Shown: positions 12,922-27,298, numbered from the stretch's first letter. The stretch is DNA of 64,000 nucleotides from Octopus vulgaris (GCA_951406725.2 OX597839.1:13392001-13456000), one strand, 5' to 3'. The notes: generated by a model from the sequence alone, not told the origin. Program-made: numbers and translations.

Positions 12922-13689
12922 TACATGTACGTTATATTTACATATACATAAACACATACACACACACACACACATAAATGCATACACACACTTCCATTCT
13001 AAAATGCCTAAGTTCACCTGGCTTCAGTTTATCATTAAAAGCTGGGACAGTTGATGCAAACACAAGTTACAGAACAGGTATTTGCATCCGGTTCATTTAA
13101 CACAAGGGGACAACTAAACCTGACCCCTTCAAACCCTTACTACTGCACTGTAAACATTTCTCCAAATCCACCCGAGTTGCTTAACAGACATGGAGGAAAC
13201 GCATTGACTGGTGTTATTTCATTGTGATTAACCTTCCGGAACCAATCATGTGACGTCATGCATGGCATCACATTACCACTGCAGCCTGGCATGTTCGAAG
13301 CCTTATTAAATAGTCTTACAGATTGGCATGTGTTAGTTTTGGTAATAATCTGGACACTGTTGTCTCGGAGCTTAGCAACAGCACGGTGCTGTTGTGACTG
13401 CAGCCATGGGAACTGAACTGACTTGTGGATAATATAAATTACTTCATAAAGTAACAGCAAAACTGCACGTTTGTTTGGATCAGCTTCCCAGACCTCAACA
13501 CAAACCATTGCTATTAATACCACTAATACTATTATTAACAACAACAACAGTTTTACAAGATGGGAGACATGATGAATTATGTTTTTGCAGCATGAATTCA
13601 TTGGACAATATTATTTCCAGTGATGGTCCACCATTGTTGTTTATCTTTCTGCCAGAGATAAATAAACTTACAAACACACATATATGTAT

Positions 13690-14294
13690 ACACATATACA
13701 TACATACACACATACATACATAAACAGACAGATAGAAAGATAGATACATACATACATACATACATACATAAGTACATACATAGACAGACAGACAGATAGA
13801 TAGATAGATAGAAAGATAGATAGATAGATAAATAGATAGATAGACAGACAGACATATAGATAGACAGACAGACAGGCAGGTAGATAGATAGATGAATAAA
13901 TAGGTTGGCTGCTAAGTAGATAGATAGAGAAACAGAAAGCTACCTAGCTAGCTAGACAGACAGACAGATAGAAAGAGAGACAGATAGCTAGCTAGATAGA
14001 TAGATAAACAGATAGATAGCTGGATGAATAGTTATGTTAATTGGTAAGTAGATAGAAGGCAGTGAGCTGGCAGAGACGTTAGCACGCCGGGCGAAATGCT
14101 GAGCGGTATTTCATCTGCCACTACGTTCTGAGTTCAAATTCTGCCGAGGTCAACTTTGCCTTTCATCCTTTCAGGGTCGATTAAATATGTACCAGTTATG
14201 CACTGGGGTCGATATAATCTACTTAATCCGTTTGTCTGTCCTTGCTTGTTCCCTCTGTGTTTAGCCCCTTGTGGGTAGTAAAGAAATAGGTAAG

Positions 14295-14337
<43 letters not shown>

Positions 14338-14810
14338 CTACCTAGCTAGATAGATAGATAGATAGACAGATAGCTACCTAGCTAGCTAGACAGACACACA
14401 GATAGTAAGAGAGATAGCTAGCTAGATATGTTTCTTTATTAGCCACACAGGGCTGTACACAGACGGGACAAATTACAAAGTAGAGCTTTTCTTTTTGGGG
14501 AGAAAAAAGAAAGTGGGGTAGGTTTTTGATCAAAAGGGATCGTAGAAAGGGGGGAAAAAAGAAAAGAAAAAAACGATCAATAGGGATCGTGTATCAGATA
14601 GAGAGACAGAGAGATAGATAGTTGGATGAATAGATAAGTTGAGAGATAGATAGATATATAGATAGATAGCTAGGTAGATAGATAGATAGACAGGCAGACA
14701 GGTAGATCGATAGACAGACAGACAGGCAGGCAGATAGACAGACAGACAGACAGACAGAGAGATAGATAGATAGATAGATAGGCAGGCAGGCAAGCAGGCA
14801 GACAGACAGA
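13690..14810. repeat. (GATA/GACA)n microsatellite region
   Basis: Read directly from the sequence. Confidence 0.9.
14057..14288 (+). mobile_element. SINE family B with TSD GGTAAGTAGATAGA, inside a (GATA)n tract
   Basis: Full-length match with a 14-bp flanking duplication. Confidence 0.85.
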
Positions 14811-17577
14811 TGTATCATGATCATTTTATGTCTGTCCATTTTTCCACACTTGCGTAAGCCAGACAGAATTCATTGAGGAAGATTTTCAATAGCCAGATGC
14901 CCTTCCTGTCACCAATCCTTGCCTGTATACAAGTTAAATAATAGTTCTCTATGTTCTGGTGTGTTCTCACAGAATATCAGAAAGGAATGAGACCGCTTAT
15001 ATGACAGTGACACTCATTTACGACTACCACCAGATGTCAAGACAAGGAGACACAAACATTATCACATACATACATATACACTATAGACATATATATACAT
15101 ACATAGAAGAGAACAAGTTGTACGTTACGCCACAATAATATACGTATAAAAAATATATATAAAAATACAAAATGGGACAAGAACGTGAAACACTCAAATA
15201 GACGACACAAAAAACGGACGGGTCATTCGAAGCCTCTAATCTTCAGTCAAGAACCGGATCATCCTCGCAATTTCGGCTGATTAATCTTGACATACATACA
15301 TACATACATACATGTGCATGAAATAATAATGATTTCTTTTATTGATGATAATGATAAATTTTGGCATAAGGCTAGCAATTTTAGGGGTAAAGGGTTAATT
15401 GATTACATTAGCCCCCAAGGTGCTTATTTTATCAACTTGGAGAGGATAACAATAGGTGTAAGATCTGAAATACTGGGGAGGGTGGATAGTTGATTATATT
15501 GACCAAAGTACTTAAATGAGACTTATTTTATTGACCCTGGAGGGATGAAAAGCAAAGTTGACTTCAAGGGTATTTGAACTGAGAGCACAAAGCTTAAGAA
15601 GTGCTGCTAAGTATTTGATTTGTGCAGTAACAACCCTACTAGCTTGCCACCTTAACAACAACAACAACAACAACAGCAGCAGCAGCAAATGATAATGATG
15701 ATAATTTCAAATTTTGGCACAAGGCCAACAATTTCAGGAAAAAGGGGTCAGTCAAATACCCCATTCTAACTTAGCAGTTTGGCGAAAGAGACTGATTGAA
15801 TAAGTACCAGCTTTCAAAAAAAAAAAAAAAGAATAAGTACTGGGGTCAATTAGTTCAACTAAAAATTTCCACAAATGACTGAAACAAGTAAAAGGATAAA
15901 ATAAAAGAATATTCAATAGAACCTCGTTACGCTCATAACTAACCACACTAACACAGATTAGCATCTCTACATGCTTCCTCACACACAAGCACACAAACAA
16001 AAACACAGTAATTATCACATCCTCTCGACGCATACATTTCAATACATAAACACATACACAATATTTACTGGATCCTCCTTACACATCGCTAAAATACAAA
16101 TACACACATACACATGCAAGAGTCTGCAAATGTGTTACACTCTATCAGTTTAAAGTGGTGAACCTCAAGTTGAACACAATAGAGATTATAAGTTCAAGCT
16201 AGCTGTGCTGCTATTAAGTGAATATTCCCTCTGGGGATTTGGACAGAACAAGTGATAATTAATATTGCTTAATGAATGATGTTAGCAGATAAAATACTTA
16301 CATCTGTGTTCAACAATAGAAGTGGATAAATGCACTAAGCATCTTCATCTTCTCGGAGAGAGAGAGAGAGAGAGGGGGGGGATAGATAAATAGAGAGAAA
16401 GAGAGAAGTAACTTGGCAAAGAAGTCACACTTTGGAGTAAATTTCTCGTCTTTACACATCCTTAATCCATTAACACATTTGCTAAATGGTAAATCTTTTA
16501 CTTTAAACAGAAAATTTGGATGAGAAACAAAACAGTGGAAAAACAAAAAAAAAACAACAAAGACTAGCTGTTGTCTTCTTCTTCTTCCTCCTCTTCTTCT
16601 TCTTCTTTTTCTTCTTTCTTTTCTTCTTCTTCTTCTTCTTCCAATCAGGACTCACGCCATTAGCCACAAACAATAATCTCTAATTCGAGCCTACTCTAAG
16701 CTACTAAGAATGTGTGTGGCAACTTGAAGATCCAACCCCCCACACATGATAGACTGGCGGTTGCACGGGCACAAAAGCTACGTTGTTATCTTCATTCCGT
16801 AAACGGTGGCTTTTAACGGGTGGAGAGCTAAACCATTCTGGGGTACAGAGGATTCGCAATCTAGACTAGAGTGTGATGTTTACCACACCATAGTGGCTTA
16901 TACCATGGTTCCTCTGCTTGTGGCAGAAGTAGGAAAAAAGAGTGAGAGAAAGTTGTGATGAAAGAGTACAGCAGGGTTCCTTGTTTGTCCCCTCTATGTT
17001 TAGCCCCTTGTGGGCAATAAAGAAATAAGAAACGTTACCACACCGGGTGAAATGCTTATTGGTATTATCTTAGTTCAAATTCCACTGAGGTCAACTTCGC
17101 CTTTCATCTTTTCGGGGTTGATAAATTAAGTACCAGTTGCGTACTGGGATTGATCTAATTGACTGCCCCCCTCCCCAAAAAAAATTTCAAGCCTTGTGCC
17201 TAGAGTAGAAAAGATATGTGTGTACATGCTTATGTTTATCTCCACCTCTCCTGCATTGTTGCTTGACATATCTCTTTAACTTAGCCGTTCAGCAAAAGAA
17301 CTGATAAAATAAGTACCAGATTAAAAAACAAACAAAAAAAATGAGGTTGATTTGTTTGATTAAACCCTTCAAGGATGTGCTCCAGTGTGGCCACAGTCCA
17401 ATGACTGAAAAGAGTAAAAAATAAAAGATGAACTGTTTCTCTCTATTGAGGCAAAAGAGGGAATGGTGTTCAGACATTGAGTGTTAAAACTCTTTGTCAA
17501 ATAATTTTAGAGTCAGAACTTTCAGTTGGTTTTAGTATTCACCTTTTTACAGTGGAAATCAAATATATTTGCTTATA

Positions 17578-18372
17578 AGCACAGGTGTGGCTGTGTGGTA
17601 AGAAGTTTGCTTCTCAACCACATGGTACTGGGTTCAATCTCATTGCATGGCACCTTAGGCACATGTCTTCTATTATATAGCCTTGAGCTGACCAAAGCCT
17701 TGTGAGTGGATTTGAAAGACAGAAACTGAAAGAAATCCATCATATGTGTGTGTCTGTCCTATCACTGCTTTGCAACAGGTGCTGGTTTGTTTACATCCAT
17801 GTAACTTAGCAGTTTGGCAAAAAGAGTGATAGAATACCAGGTTTAAAAAAAAGAGTAAGTACTGCAGTGTGTGTGTGTGGGGGGCAATTCGCTTGACTAA
17901 AAGTTCAAAGCATTGCCCCATCATGGCCATAGTCTGACTGAAACAGATAGAACTCAGGAGTGGCTGTGTGGTAAGTAGCTTGCTTACGAACTACATGGTT
18001 ACAGGTTCAGTCCCACTGTGTAGCACCCTGGGCAAGTGTCTTCTGCTATAGCCTCGGGCCAACCAAAGCCTTGTGAGTGGATTTGGTAGACGGAAACTGA
18101 AAGAAGCCCGTCGTATGTATATATATATATATATGTATGTATGTGTGTGTATATGTTTATGTGTCTGTGTTTGTCCGCCCAACATCGCTTGACAACCGAT
18201 GCTGGTGTGTTTACGTCCCTGTAACTTAGCGGTTCGGCAAAAGAGACTGATGGAATAAGTACTAGGCTTACAAAGAATAATTCCTGGGGTCGATTTGCTT
18301 GACTAAAGGCAGTGCTCCAGCATGGCTGCAGTCAAATGACTGAAACAAGTAAAAGAGTAAAATAAGAAAGAG
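17578..18372 (+). mobile_element. Two tandem family-A SINEs (diverged 17578-17945, younger 17955-18372)
   Basis: Two consecutive head-to-tail matches. Confidence 0.82.
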
Positions 18373-19692
18373 TATTATCTACAGAAACTAAGCAATATAC
18401 TAATCTATCTTTTGTCGAAGAATGTCATGTTTAAAACCATTTTTTTTCGCTTTTGTTGAGATATATCAAGTTTATCTAGGCAACATGACTTGCAGAAAAT
18501 ACCAATTGTATTTTTAGATAGATTATTTAACATCATTCTGAGGATAACCACGAAATTTAATTTTGCTGTGAAAGGGTTAAAACACAGCATCAGGTGATTT
18601 CAATGTTAAACCTGTCATGTGTTTTTAGTTTTAGAACTGTCAGTTTTTAGGCGTTAAAACTTTCTGTCAAGTGATTTTAGTGTTGGAACTATCTGTCAGG
18701 TGATTTTTCAACGTTACGAATTTTTAATGTAAATAATTACAGCGTTCAATGGAAAATGGTTGAATTCCGTTGTCGAAATCATATTTTGCTGACAATAATC
18801 ATACAACACTGCAATATCTGTATGTGTACAAAACAGGTGTGTGGAAAGAACAGGGTGGCTGGAATCTAGGATTGTAATAGTGCATGATTAAACAGGAGAT
18901 CCAACATAGAACCGTCCGGATGAGACATAACATGACAATGGTACACAATACACTTTGTTTGCGATGTCTGGAGGAGCTAGGAGATGGAGGGGAGGTCACA
19001 AAAGACTAATGAATTTTCATTAAAATGTGTTTGAAGCTGAATAACGAGGTGCTTTCTTTTACCAGTTTTTTTTTTTTTACTTTTTCTTTCGTTGTTATTT
19101 ATGTATTTTTTAAATTTTTATCATTCTTTCTAGACAGAGAGAATGATGAAGTATTGGAGCGGCAAATTGTGTGGAACAAAAACTTCTCTCTCACTCTTTC
19201 TCTCTCTTCTCTCTCCTCCATTATGTCACTTCACTAATACTTTAGGAATTGGAATAAAAATACCAGAAAACAAACATGGGAGCGGGGAAAAAAATGAACA
19301 AAATGAAGGCGCCTTTAACAAAAGAAACTGAATCAATGAATCCGAAAGCTGATGGATGTGGGTGGGGCAGAAGAATATTGTTTCAAAAAAATAACCCTGA
19401 AACACTCCTACCCTGTGAAAAGCATAAAAAAATATTTGAATTTCTTTTTATTTTGTTTACTGCTTTCTTAAAATTTTTACCCAGTTTTTCACACTGACAG
19501 AATATTTTAATTTTTTTTTTTGAAATTTATGTAAAAAAATTCCATTTTATTTTAGCTGAAATCTAGAATCAGAACTGGTTGATATAGCAACATGCTAGCT
19601 TTGTAGCTCTGGAACTGACACCTCATGTACTCTCACTAGAAGTACTTTATGTTCTTAATAAAGATACTCAGCTCCCAATGGCCAAATTGATA

Positions 19693-19910
19693 AGGCAGCA
19701 AGCTAGCAGGAACGTTAGCACGCCAGACGAAATGCTTAGCGGTATTTCATCTGTCTTTACGTTCTGAGTTCAAATTTCACCAAGGTCGACTTTGCCTTTC
19801 ATCCTTTCGGGGTTAATAAATTAAGTACCAGTTGCATACTGGGATCGTTCTAATTGACTGGCCCACCCTCCAAAATTTCGGGCCTTGTTCCTAAAGTAGA
19901 AAAGAATATC
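19693..19910 (+). mobile_element. SINE family B (alternative tail)
   Basis: Same head and core, tail GCCTTGTTCCTAAAGTAGAAAAGAAT. Confidence 0.8.
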
Positions 19911-20909
19911 TAAATATTGAAATAATTTAACACATTAAATAACAACTAATTGATCTCTAGAAAAAAAAAAATATATATATATATGTAAGTTGTAATAATG
20001 AAGTCAAATGAAATAGCAATATTTGGAAGTCATTTAATACATACCATAAATCTTCAAGTATAATCTGCATTTTTACCCCAAAATTTAAAGGTCAAAATCC
20101 CTAGTGTGTGTACTATTTATGAGGTTAAAAATGAAAATTATTTCCTAAGCAATGTCCGAGTCTCTATTTGTTAGGGAGACTCAACATGACAAAATGACAA
20201 GGCTGGACCTTTGAGAAACAAATACTGCTGATTTTTGCCAGCTGAGTGGACTGGAGCAAAGTGAAGTAAGATGTCTTGCTCAAGGATGTAATGTACCACC
20301 AGGAATCAAACTCACTAAGCCAAAATAACAACAAAATGATGTTTTATCCTTGCTTGATGATAATCTCAAGATAAAGTTCTAACAAACATTTGATGTTTTG
20401 GTTTGAGGTAAAGCATTATTAAAGGTGAAACTGGGCAGGTGAAAATTACCATAAAGCCTAGAATTGTGACAGATATCGAAGACCAGAAACACACATAGCA
20501 AATACTTTAGTGGTGTTATGAGTAGTAACTTCCTTTGGAATGAAAGGTTATTTGGGAAAGGTCACCAGCTGAGAACCTATCTGTGATATTTAGAAGAAAT
20601 CTTAAAATAACTTGTATCAACAAATGAGTCATTAGCCAGAGGCCAATAACAACAACAAAATCAACTTGTTTTTTTTTTTTCATGATTCTTGGTGTGTTGG
20701 AACAGATTTTGTCTGAAGTTAGAAGCTGTGTGTTTAAGATGTTTGCTTCCAAACCATATGGGTTCAAGTTCAGTCCCACTGCATGACACCTTGGGCAAGT
20801 GTCTTCTACAATATCCCTGGGCCGACCAAAGCCTTGTGAGTGGATTTGATAGGCGGAAACTGAAAGATGCCTGTTGTATATCGTCATCATCATCATCATA
20901 ATCACTTAA

Positions 20910-21627
20910 CCCTTTCATTACTGTATTTATTTTGAAATGCTCTGTATTTCTTTCAGTTACTTTAAATAAAACAAAGAATTTAGTAAAATAACTTAGTTAT
21001 CATTAAGCTAGTGTTAGGAACATAAATTGTGACTGAGGTTTGGTGGAAGATTTTAATTCAAAACTTATGAAAGCAAGACATTTGTTATCATATTTCTGTT
21101 GAGATGCTCTGTGTTTCTTTCAATTAATTTTAAATATAACAAAGAATTTAGTAAAATAACTTAGTTATCATTCAGCTAGTGTTAGAAATATAAATTGTGA
21201 CCAATGTTTGGTGGAAGATTTTAATTCAAAACTTATGAAAACAAGACATTTGTTACCATATTTCTGTTGAGATGCTCTATGTTTCTTTCAATTGATTTTA
21301 AATATAACAAAGAATTTAGTAAAATAAGTTATCATTCAGCTAGTGTTAGAAACATGAATTGTGACTAAGGTTTGGTGGAAGATTATAATTCAAAACTTAT
21401 GAAAACAAGACATTTGTTACCATATTTGTTGAGATGTTCTATGTTTCTTTCAATTAATTTTAAATATAACAAAGAATTTAGTAAAATAACTTAGTTATCA
21501 TTCAGCTAGTGTTAGGAACATAAATTGTGACTGAGGTTTGGTGTATGATTTTAATTCAAAACTTATCAAAACAAGACATTTGTACTCAGAGCCAGAACTG
21601 GTTTCAGCTGGGTTAGTAACGAAAGGG
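20910..21627. mobile_element. piggyBac-type MITE, family P1, with four tandem ~166-bp internal units
   Basis: TTAA-CCCTTTCATTAC...GTAACGAAAGGG-TTAA. The core ending AAGACATTTGT recurs near 21077, 21245, 21409 and 21576. Confidence 0.85.
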
Positions 21628-22639
21628 TTAATGTCCATTTTCCATGCTGGCATGGCTGGATGGTTTGAATGGAGCTGGTAAGACCGTGCTATGACGCCAC
21701 AACAAAATAGAGCTTTCTTGATTCACTGATTGCGCATAGTTATCCTCGGGTTCTGTCTACCAAATTCACTGACAATGCTTTGGTTGGCCTTGGGATCTAG
21801 TAGAAGACTAGGGTGCTGCACTGTGGGTTCGAACCTCATCAATGGAGCTGCAAAGCAAGCTTCTTATCCACACCACTTCTCCATTAATTAAATTGCATTT
21901 TCATATATATTTACATATATCTGTGAATAACATCTATTGGTTTTATGTCAAAATATATTTTTAAAACATAGTACATGTATTTAATAGAAACAGTAATAAT
22001 GTCCATGTAATTTTGTATAGATGTCTGTCTTGGAGGACAATCAGTGTTATGAAAAATATCCATCTTGGAGGAAAATAAAAGTGTAATGGAGATTGGTCTC
22101 TTGTTCTGAGTTTGCGGAACTTTTCAATTTATCTGCCAATTTTGAATGAGAGGAAGTCAACGGGTGGCATTTGCATGTACAAGCATGGCCAAATTGCAGA
22201 AAGATTCCTGTATTAAATTCTACATGTTAAGGCAACATATCTCAATTATTGTGTTAACTCATCTCAAAAATACAGACCAGACATACAAAGATGCATATAT
22301 GTATATATATTTGTCTATATTTCGGTATATATTTGTAAACTCAATTATATACTGTCTCCCATCAACAAAAATGTGTGAATTCCATTAACTGCCATAAATA
22401 CGTACAATGCAACATTTTGAAAACATCCACTTTAATTTTTTTTTTAGCCAGGTCTCTATAGAAATCAGCAATGCTAGAAAAAGCTGTTACATTAAAATCA
22501 CCAAACATTGCTCATTGAACCATATTTAACCTCAATTCATATGGCTTTCTCACATAGATTTCTCTACGTGCTTATCTTGTTATTCTGAAAACACAGGATG
22601 ATTGCTTCTTATTTGTGGCCATGATTTTATGGTATATTA

Positions 22640-23265
22640 GATGGCGAGCTAGCAGAACCGTTAACAAGCCCGATAAAATGCTTAGCGGTATTTCGTCTGC
22701 AGTTACGTTCTGAGTTCAAATTCCGCCGAAGTCGACTTTGCCTTTCATCCTCTCGGGGTCGATAAATAAAGTACCAGTTTTGCACTGGGTTGATGTAATC
22801 GACTTAATCCCTTTGTCTGTCCTTGTTTGTCTCCTCTATGTTTAGTCCCTTGTGGGTAGTAAAGAAATACATATTTAAGGCGACAAGCTGGCAGAAACGT
22901 TAAGCACACCGGGCGAAATGCTCAGTGGTATTTCGTCTGCCATTACGTTCTGAGTTCAAATCCCGCCGAGGTCGACTTTGCCTTTTACCCTTTCGGGGTC
23001 GATAAATTAAGTACCAGTTACGCACTGGGGTTGATGTAATCAACTTAATCCGTTTGTCTGTTCTTGTTTGTACTCTCTGTGTTTAGCCCCTTGTAGGTAG
23101 TAAAGAAACAGGTATTTCGTCCGCCTTCACGTTCTGAGCTCAAATACCATGAAAGTCGACTTTGCATTTCATCCTTTCGAGGTTGATAAAATAAATACCA
23201 GTTGAGTAATGAAGTCAATGTAATTTACTATCCCTCTTCCATCACTTTCAGGCCTTGTGCCTATA
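22640..23265 (+). mobile_element. Three tandem family-B SINEs
   Basis: Heads at ~22643 and ~22878. The third copy restarts internally at GGTATTTCGTC (~23111). Confidence 0.82.
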
Positions 23266-23750
23266 TTCTTTTATTTGTTTCAGTCATTTAACTCCAGCCA
23301 GGCCGGAGCACCGCCTTTAGTCAAGGAAATCGACCCCAGGACTTATTCTCTGTAAACCTAGTACTTATTCTATCAGTCTCTCTTGCCGAACCGCAAACTT
23401 ACGGGGACATAAACACACCAGCATCTTTATGTTCTGAGTTCTAATTCCCCTTTCGGGGGTCGGTAAAATAAATATATACTGGGGTTGATATAATCGACTT
23501 TACCCCTGCCCTCGAGGTTTCAGGCCTTGTGCCTACAGTAGAAAGGATTATTATTTTTATTTAGCAAAACAGAAATCTTGATTTGGTTACGATTCTTGTC
23601 TGTAGAGAACTAGGCTTCTTTGTAAGCCTAGTACTTATTCTATCAGTCTCTCTTGCCGAACCGCTAAGTGACGGGGGTGTAAACACACCAGCATCAGTTG
23701 TCAAGCGATGTTGGGGGGACAAACACAGACACACAAACATATACATACAC

Positions 23751-23790
<40 letters not shown>

Positions 23791-24739
23791 GACCTTTATA
23801 TAAATAAATAACGTGAAATACACGAAGGGACGAACAAAAAGACAAACGGGTCATTCAAAGCCTTCATTCTTCATTCAGAAACTGATCCCTCATCGCAGAT
23901 TTCGGCTGTTTAATTCTGAGATCCGCTCTGAATCAGCCAGCCACAGAAGGAAAGAATGAAACGCAACAGAGACGAACATGAAACGAAAAATCTTTTGGGG
24001 ACAGTAACGGTTAAAAACATGGATGACATAGGCGCCCTACGGCTTTGAGACAAACAGTAATCCAAACATGAAAACACAAAGAGAAAACACAACAACGCGA
24101 GGACATGGAACAAGTATAGTGTTATTGGACGCTCAGGGAAGGAAAGATCCAAGGAAGGGAAGACGGAGGAAATATATATGTATACAACGTGCTTTTTTCA
24201 GTTTCTGTCTACCAAATCCACTCACAAGGCTTTGGTTGGTCCGAGGCTATAGTAGAAGACACTTGCCCAAGGTGCCACGCAGTGGGACTGAACCCGGAAC
24301 CATGTGGTTGGTAAGAAAGCTACTTACCACACAGTCACTCCTGGCTTACCACACAGCCACTCCTATAGTAGAAAGGATTATTATTATTTAGGCGGCGAGC
24401 TGGCAGAATCGTTAGTATGCCAGGCAAAATGATTAGCTGCATTTTGTCCGCCTCTACGTTCCGAGTTCAAATTCCGTCGAGGTTGACTTTGCCTTTTATC
24501 TTTCCGAGGTCGATAAACTAACAACCAGTGAAACACTGAAGTTATCGCCTCCCTCAAAATTCCAAGCCTTGTGTCTTTAGTAGAAAGGATTATTATTATC
24601 ATTATTAAGACTAGCGGAATCGTTAGCATGCCAGGCAAAGTGCTCAGTGGCATTTTATCCGTTTTTACGTTCTCACTTCAAATTTTGCGTTCTGAGCTCG
24701 ATTTTTACCTTTCGTCCTTTCGGAATTGATGAAATAGGA

Positions 24740-24831
24740 GCGGAAGTAAAGAATATGCACACCATCCATTTTCGGCGGTTAGGGTTATAGTTACGCCGAA
24801 AACGGTTGGTGTACGTATTCTTTACCTCTGC
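24740..24831. mobile_element. Short fold-back element inserted in a family-B SINE
   Basis: ~38-bp imperfect inverted arms around a 16-nt loop GTTAGGGTTATAGTTA. SINE sequence resumes on both sides. Confidence 0.6.
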
Positions 24832-24882
24832 CATAATAAGCACCAGTCAAGAACTGGAGTCGATGTAATCGACGAGCCTCTT

Positions 24883-25109
24883 TGGCGATCCTTCGGTATA
24901 GGTACCATAGGTGGCTTTGTTTACATTTCTGAAGATGAGAGAAACCGGCGATCCTTCGGTATAGGTACACACGTGACTTTGTTTACATTTCTGAAGATAA
25001 CAGAAACCCTTTTCTCCCACCCCTAACCCTCACCCCACCCCATATATATAAAAAAAAAACTTTCTTGAAATGTATCCGGTACTTTCGGTACGTATACCGA
25101 AGTTACGCC
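24883..25109. mobile_element. TIR-like element with a duplicated 5' module and CCCTAA-like repeats
   Basis: GGCGATCCTTCGGTATAGGTAC occurs twice. The end TATACCGGAAGTTACGCC is an imperfect inverse of the start. Confidence 0.5.
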
Positions 25110-26091
25110 CTCTCCTCAAAAGTTGCTGGTCCTGTGCCAAGATTTGAAGCCGTTACTTTAAGGTATTTACGAAACCAGAATAGAAGGATACCAATAACGA
25201 CAGTTTAAGAAGTGGACAACATTTTTAAAAATGAAGGTGAGAACCGAAACAAATAATATGTCTATAAAATTTGATTTTGACGTAAACAGTAAATTTGTTA
25301 ATTCAAATGGACTTTTGTTTCAAATGTCGTTCTTCAAACTATTCATTACATCTATTTAACTTTATAACTCTTTTTTTTTTTTAAGTGGAATCAATTTTCT
25401 TAACGGGTTGTTGTTTCAGAAAGTTAAAATCGTAAATTAGAAGTCAGCCTGAAGGCAAATAATTCTGTTTTTTTCCCTTGTGCCTTAGATGTGTCATTGA
25501 CAATCTATTTACAAAACACTTTTACTTTGATTCCGTCAGAAGTATTTCGATGTTAACACCTCTATTTTCATCATGGCTGACTTCTTGTCGTTTTCCTCGG
25601 TAATTTAGCTTCCTACTTCTGCGTAAACACGTATCGTTTTTCCTGTCGAAACCGATTAAAAAATTGTGAAAACGACTCCATAAGATGAAAGAAAAACAGA
25701 AACCGCTGAGCCGTTTCAGTGAGGGCAATACGGTTACGCTTCATTTGTTGGCAACGTGTGCTGTTTCCTTCCAGTAACCTATCAATTCCACCCAGTTACA
25801 AGTAAGGCAATGGTTTATCAAAGCAACAGACGATATTATAAAAACATTTATAGAAGGAAAAACATCGATACATAAAGAAGAAAAAGGAAAGGAACTCTAT
25901 GCTTTCCCATTGATTAACAGGAAATATCGAACATATTCTCAGAATGATTGCGATATATACGTAATATATCATATACAAACATACATACACGCGTACATAC
26001 GTCTATGTATTGTTATTTGTTCATGAGCATAAGGCACATTCAAAATAAAATACATCGTAAATTAGTCATCAAATAAAGAATGTCTCCCAAT

Positions 26092-26146
<55 letters not shown>

Positions 26147-26650
26147 CATACACACACACATGTATAATGTACGTGTGTGTATTATATAGGTATACATGTA
26201 ATACACAGATGTATATTATATATGGCATACCTTAGATCGTCTAATATATATATATACCCACACACGTGCAAACATATATGCTCATGTGTATGTTTGTATA
26301 TATGTATATAATGTGTGGAGGGATGCATGGCCTTGTAGTTTCATGATCATAAGGTTGTGGGTTCAACTTCCGAACCAGGTAGTTTGTTACGTCCTTCAGT
26401 AAGCCCCTTCATTTCGCATTTCATTCCATCCAGCTAAAATGCTGGTAAAACAGCCGATGGATTTTGATTTTGGCAGCAGACTTCTGTCCATTATCCTTTG
26501 ACAGGTCTTACAGAGTGGAAGAACAGGGAGTGATAGGATTCAATACTACATAGCTATAAGAGTATTAGACATATTTAGTATGGAGAGAAGCAGAAGTTGA
26601 GAGGTTTGTCAGTGTTCCGAGATGTGAAGGAACAAGCAGTGGTATGGCTA

Positions 26651-26880
26651 GGGTGCTGGCAGAATCGTTAGCACGCAGGGCGAAATGCTTAGCGGTATTT
26701 TGTCTGCCATTATGTTCTGAGTTCAAATTCCGCCAAGATCGATTTTGCCTTTCATCCTTTCGGGGTCGATAAATTAAGGACCAGTTATGCACTGGGGTCG
26801 GTATAATCCACTTAATCCATTTGTTTGTCCTTGTTTGTCCTCTCCGTGTTTAGCCCCTTGTGGGTAATAAAGAAATAGGT
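26651..26880 (+). mobile_element. SINE family B with flanking duplication GGTATGGCTAGGGTGCTGGCA
   Basis: Direct repeat at ~26641 and ~26878. Confidence 0.82.
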
Positions 26881-27298
26881 ATGGCTAGGGTGCTGGCAAC
26901 TAGCAGTGGACCTTCATTTTTACAAGCTTACACAACAGACCCAAAAGTGTTGTCCAGGATAGACCCTCCCCTATCACTCTACTGGGATCAGAGGCAGTGT
27001 ACAAGGGAGAATCAAGATGTGATTTGAGAGAAGTGTGGATGCTTGTTCTTACTGACAATGTAACAGCAACATCGAAGTGTTTTTAGCTTGAGGCTGCTGT
27101 CAAGCAAAGAGAATGCATGGGAGAAAGCAGGTCTACTCCAAGTAGGCCCAAAAGAAGGCTCAGTCATTTGACTGAGAATGGTTGCAAGCTCAGAAATAGT
27201 GATAATAATAGGCTAACAGTGACTATGAATATACTGAATAGAACCAATTCATCTCGTGCTCGCTGCACACAAGCAAACAAAAAAAAACCAACCAGTTA

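Noticed and set aside
23820-23950. Minus-strand GGCTG..CAGCC-GAAA stem in a repeat also present at ~15200-15290
   Set aside because: No NUGANNA core next to the stem and no NUH triplet; kept only as an unclassified repeat fragment.
26450-27120. Possible decayed LINE coding fragment around the SINE at 26651
   Set aside because: I could not recover a convincing motif by eye.
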